Source of the DNA: a virus
Taxonomy: Duplodnaviria > Heunggongvirae > Uroviricota > Caudoviricetes
Virus record (IMG/VR): IMGVR_UViG_2703718836_000007
Direction: 5' to 3' (one strand)
Length of the DNA: 19,161 nucleotides
Positions 15,930 to 19,161 of the stretch are shown here, piece by piece. The translations under genes and the position numbers were made by a program. The notes under the pieces were generated by a model that was given only the letters and a program-made list of their open reading frames with translations, had not been told where the DNA came from and ran no database searches. Position 1 is the stretch's first letter; each line of letters opens with the position of its first letter.

Positions 15930-16994
15930 ATGAGTCAGGTTGGTAATCATTCATTCGAATTTCCGGCATCGCAAGGTGTACAGGGTGGTACTGTTACACT
16001 CTTCCTTACCATACCAGGAAGATCGCTGGCTCGTTTCCTCGCTTCAGATAATTACGGCCATACACTGGAACGCTCTCAGCGAGAAATTAATCCAAATCGA
16101 GTACGAAAATTTTTAAATTATCTCACTAACGCAGACTCAAGAAATGAGCCTTTTATCATTCCCCCTCTCGTAGGTAACTGTGATTCGAATATAGAATTTG
16201 TACCGTTTGGCAACACAAATGTTGGTATAGCCAGAATTCCCCTCGACGCCGAAATAAAACTTTTTGATGGTCAACATCGTGCAGCTGGCATTGAGATATT
16301 TTGCCGAAGTTCCCCATCAACGCTCATGGTTCCCATGATGCTTACAATGAATCTGCCGCTAAAAACCCGGCAGCAGTTCTTTTCGGACATAAATAACAAC
16401 GTTTCTAAGCCATCAGCGACCATCAATATGGCGTATAACGGCCGGGATGATATTGCTCAGGGAATGATATCCTTCCTGACCCAACATACTGTATTTGCCG
16501 ATATAACCGATTTTGAACACAACGTAGTGCCATTAAAAAGTAATATGTGGGTGAGTTTCAAGGCACTCACTGATGCAACGTCAAAGTTCGCTAGGAACGG
16601 CAATCAACAACTTGAAATGGGATATATAGAATCTGTCTGGGAGGCATGGATTACACTAACTCAGATTGACTCAATCCGACATGGTGTACACCACGCTACG
16701 TACAAGCGCGATTATATTCAGTTCCATGGAGTAATGATTAACGCTTTCGGTTTTGCGGTTCAACAGATGATGGTTAATCATTCCATCGCAGAAATAACTT
16801 CTATGATCGAAAAACTATGTGCAACTACCAGCTCTGCAGAAAGAGAGGATTTTTTTCTGATGGATAACTGGGCGGGGATCTGCACGAAAGCCAGCCAGGA
16901 AAAACTATCTGTTATTGCCAATGTGGCAGCGCAGAAAGCAGCAGCAAACAGACTGATACAAGCTTTTACCAAAGGAAGTCTGGAAACAACTTAA
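15930..16994 (+). CDS. DGQHR-domain protein (DndB-like, ParB/Srx-fold), orphan
   Basis: 354 aa carrying the diagnostic motif in IKLFDGQHRAAGIEIF. Strong SD (caggagg) 7 nt before the ATG. AT-rich relative to the neighbouring lambda genes. No dndCDE, dpd or ssp partner genes in the window. Confidence 0.75.
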   Translation: MSQVGNHSFEFPASQGVQGGTVTLFLTIPGRSLARFLASDNYGHTLERSQREINPNRVRKFLNYLTNADSRNEPFIIPPLVGNCDSNIEFVPFGNTNVGIARIPLDAEIKLFDGQHRAAGIEIFCRSSPSTLMVPMMLTMNLPLKTRQQFFSDINNNVSKPSATINMAYNGRDDIAQGMISFLTQHTVFADITDFEHNVVPLKSNMWVSFKALTDATSKFARNGNQQLEMGYIESVWEAWITLTQIDSIRHGVHHATYKRDYIQFHGVMINAFGFAVQQMMVNHSIAEITSMIEKLCATTSSAEREDFFLMDNWAGICTKASQEKLSVIANVAAQKAAANRLIQAFTKGSLETT

Positions 16995-17071
16995 TGAATC
17001 AACATTGTCTCATATCAGCATGCTGTACGGCGTCTTTAAGGAACGGTGAGCATGAAAAACAAAATCATCAT

Positions 17072-17092
17072 GGAGCTACAGGCTCCTTTTTT
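17072..17092 (+). terminator. Rho-independent terminator downstream of the DGQHR gene
   Basis: ggagc-tacag-gctcc hairpin followed by tttttt. Confidence 0.5.
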
Positions 17093-17147
17093 ATTATTCG
17101 CATTCACCCTCAAGCGTATTAACCAACAATTCAGGGATTAATGAAAG

Positions 17148-17366
17148 ATGGCAGACATCATTGATTCAGCATCAGAAATTGAAGAATTACAGCGCAACAC
17201 AGCAATAAAAATGCGCCGCCTGAACCACCAGGCTATATCTGCCACTCATTGTTGTGAGTGTGGCGATCCGATAGATGAACGAAGACGCCTGGCCGTTCAG
17301 GGTTGTCGGACTTGTGCAAGTTGCCAGGAGGAGATCGAACTTAAGAACAAACAATGGGGACTGTGA
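17148..17366 (+). CDS. TraR/DksA-family C4 zinc finger protein (lambda exo-xis region orf73-like)
   Basis: 72 aa with CCECGDPIDERRRLAVQGCRTCASCQEE, a CxxC...CxxC arrangement like TraR (CEACGNPIPEARRK...CVECQ). Confidence 0.75.
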   Translation: MADIIDSASEIEELQRNTAIKMRRLNHQAISATHCCECGDPIDERRRLAVQGCRTCASCQEEIELKNKQWGL

Positions 17367-17413
17367 TGGCTTCAAAGCAGCAAATTTCAACATCGTCCAA
17401 CTGAGGTGTAAAA

Positions 17414-17653
17414 ATGTTCAGAATCATTTTTCCTAACACCTGGTACGTCGACCACCACGGCACTCCCTGCAAAATCCTGCGTTCTACCCACAACAAAGTT
17501 CACTACATCCGAAAAGGCAGAACATGTATCGCCAGCATGTTCCGCTTTAATCATGACTTTGAACCTGTGAATAAAGCTGATGCAGATCGGATAGCAGAAG
17601 AGATCGAAACGGCAGAACACATTAAGAAGTTACGTGCCATACGCAGGAAATAG
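17414..17653 (+). CDS. Small phage protein of the exo-xis region, function unknown
   Basis: 79-aa ORF with SD gaggtg upstream, between the TraR-like gene and xis. Confidence 0.45.
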   Translation: MFRIIFPNTWYVDHHGTPCKILRSTHNKVHYIRKGRTCIASMFRFNHDFEPVNKADADRIAEEIETAEHIKKLRAIRRK

Positions 17654-17792
17654 AAAAATTGATAAATTCAATACTGCATTACTCAGCATTAAATTTATCT
17701 CTATGACCAGTCAAGAGATGTACCTGCCATGAGCTTAATATCATGTCAGATATATCGGTCACAAACTCCCTCAGCAGCTAAGAGGAGGACAA

Positions 17793-18029
17793 ATGTCTCG
17801 ACTAATCACTTTACAGGACTGGGCTAAAGAAGAATTTGGGGACTTAGCACCAAGTGAGCGAGTTCTGAAAAAATACGCGCAAGGGAAAATGATGGCCCCA
17901 CCCGCTATAAAAGTTGGTCGCTACTGGATGATTGACCGAAATTCCCGTTTTGTAGGAACGCTTGCAGAACCGCAACTCCCAATAAACGCAAACCCAAAAC
18001 TCCAACGGATAATCGCTGATGGCTGCTAG
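17793..18029 (+). CDS. xis: Excisionase (Xis), lambda-type
   Basis: 78 aa, MSRLITLQDWAKEE...VLKKYAQGKMMAPPAIKVGRYWMIDRNSRFVG. Strong SD (aagaggagg). Stop overlaps the int start. Position and orientation are typical of xis-int. Confidence 0.75.
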   Translation: MSRLITLQDWAKEEFGDLAPSERVLKKYAQGKMMAPPAIKVGRYWMIDRNSRFVGTLAEPQLPINANPKLQRIIADGC

Positions 18030-19161
18030 ACCCCGATCTCACAAAATCTCTATACCCAATTTATATTGCAAATTAGATAAGCGAACCGGAAAGGTATATT
18101 GGCAATACAAACATCCACTATCCGGTCGTTTTCATAGCTTAGGAACTGATGAGAATGAAGCAAAACAAGTTGCTACTGAAGCAAATACCATTATTGCTGA
18201 ACAACGTACCAGACAAATATTAAGCGTCAATGAGCGTCTGGAAAGAATGAAAGGCAGGCGCTCAGACATTACGGTGACAGAATGGCTTGATAAATATATT
18301 TCTATCCAGGAGGACAGGCTGCAACATAATGAACTAAGACCCAACTCCTATCGGCAAAAAGGCAAACCCATTCGTCTTTTCCGTGAGCATTGTGGAATGC
18401 AACACCTCAAGGATATTACCGCACTTGATATTGCCGAAATAATTGATGCTGTAAAGGCTGAAGGTCATAACAGGATGGCGCAAGTCGTGAGAATGGTGTT
18501 GATCGACGTCTTCAAAGAAGCACAACACGCAGGACATGTTCCGCCAGGATTTAACCCTGCGCAGGCAACAAAACAACCGCGAAATCGAGTAAACCGCCAA
18601 AGATTGTCACTGCTCGAATGGCAGGCAATATTTGAAAGCGTAAGCAGACGGCAGCCCTATTTAAAATGCGGCATGCTACTTGCTCTTGTTACTGGACAAC
18701 GTTTAGGCGATATCTGCAATTTGAAATTCTCTGATATATGGGACGACATGTTGCACATTACTCAGGAAAAAACCGGTTCAAAACTTGCTATTCCGCTTAA
18801 CCTGAAATGCGATGCTCTGAATATTACCCTTCGTGAAGTTATATCTCAGTGCAGGGATGCTGTTGTTAGTAAATATCTGGTCCATTACCGTCACACTACC
18901 TCTCAAGCAAACAGAGGAGACCAGGTTTCTGCAAATACTCTGACAACGGCTTTTAAAAAGGCCCGGGAAAAATGTGGCATAAAATGGGAGCAAGGAACTG
19001 CGCCCACATTTCATGAGCAGCGATCTCTCTCAGAACGGTTATATCGGGAACAGGGTCTGGATACGCAAAAGTTGTTAGGCCATAAATCCAGAAAAATGAC
19101 CGACCGATACAATGATGATCGTGGTAAAGACTGGATTATCGTAGATATCAAAACAGCATAG
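18019..19161 (+). CDS. int: Tyrosine site-specific integrase, lambda family, icd-targeting type (e14 / phage 21-like)
   Basis: 380 aa. Catalytic signature LALVTGQRLGD (Arg), TFHEQRSLSERLY (His-x-x-Arg), LLGHKSRKMTDRYNDDRG (His...Tyr). C-terminus resembles lambda Int LLGHKSDTMASQYRDDRGREW. The stop codon ends exactly at 19161. Confidence 0.9.
   Translation: MAARPRSHKISIPNLYCKLDKRTGKVYWQYKHPLSGRFHSLGTDENEAKQVATEANTIIAEQRTRQILSVNERLERMKGRRSDITVTEWLDKYISIQEDRLQHNELRPNSYRQKGKPIRLFREHCGMQHLKDITALDIAEIIDAVKAEGHNRMAQVVRMVLIDVFKEAQHAGHVPPGFNPAQATKQPRNRVNRQRLSLLEWQAIFESVSRRQPYLKCGMLLALVTGQRLGDICNLKFSDIWDDMLHITQEKTGSKLAIPLNLKCDALNITLREVISQCRDAVVSKYLVHYRHTTSQANRGDQVSANTLTTAFKKAREKCGIKWEQGTAPTFHEQRSLSERLYREQGLDTQKLLGHKSRKMTDRYNDDRGKDWIIVDIKTA

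Larger units (their letters stand above)
1532..19161. mobile_element. Cryptic lambdoid prophage remnant integrated in icd, from the attR side to int; attL and intact icd presumably lie beyond the window end
   Basis: icdC fragment at one end, xis-int at the other, with lambda-type tfa, stf, J, P, ren and exo remnants between, plus cargo genes of lower GC. Confidence 0.8.

Noticed and set aside
15458-15969. Minus-strand ORFs 15458..15769 and 15652..15969 overlapping exo and the DGQHR gene start
   Set aside because: Antisense shadows of recognised genes; the second would overlap the strong SD and start of the DGQHR gene.
1532-19161. Calling the element e14 itself
   Set aside because: The integration site and integrase type fit e14, but the contents are lambda-type stf, tfa, J, P, ren and exo plus emrE and ybcK, and the Mu-like tail and pin module I associate with e14 is absent. 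I describe it as an icd-integrated lambdoid cryptic prophage instead.

Overview
This window spans the attR-proximal flank and most of a heavily decayed lambdoid cryptic prophage integrated into the 3' end of icd. The left ~1.5 kb is host/island flank: a YcgX-like gene (1-405), AT-rich spacer, iraM (1106-1429), then a displaced icd 3' fragment (icdC, 1532-1692, minus strand) with its terminator. From there to the window end the prophage runs, in order: an McrBC-family restriction module whose McrB has a long non-canonical N-terminal domain (2397-5497); lambda-type tfa and an N-terminally truncated stf (5831-9267); a J fragment and a NinB/YbcN-like fragment joined by deletion (9149-10335); two uncharacterised ORFs (10530-11597); a YbcK-like large serine recombinase, emrE, ren and an intact P (11709-14891); an O C-terminal fragment abutting a 5'-truncated exo (14888-15778); an orphan DGQHR/DndB-like protein, a TraR/DksA-like zinc finger protein and a small ORF (15930-17653); then xis and a complete tyrosine integrase (17793-19161). 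No rRNA, intact tRNA or CRISPR array is present. The best candidates for undescribed biology are the McrBC variant, the self-contained DGQHR gene in the exo-xis variable slot, and the two-ORF cargo between ybcK and the ninB remnant. All protein identifications rest on my reading of the ORF translations against remembered sequences; no database search was run.
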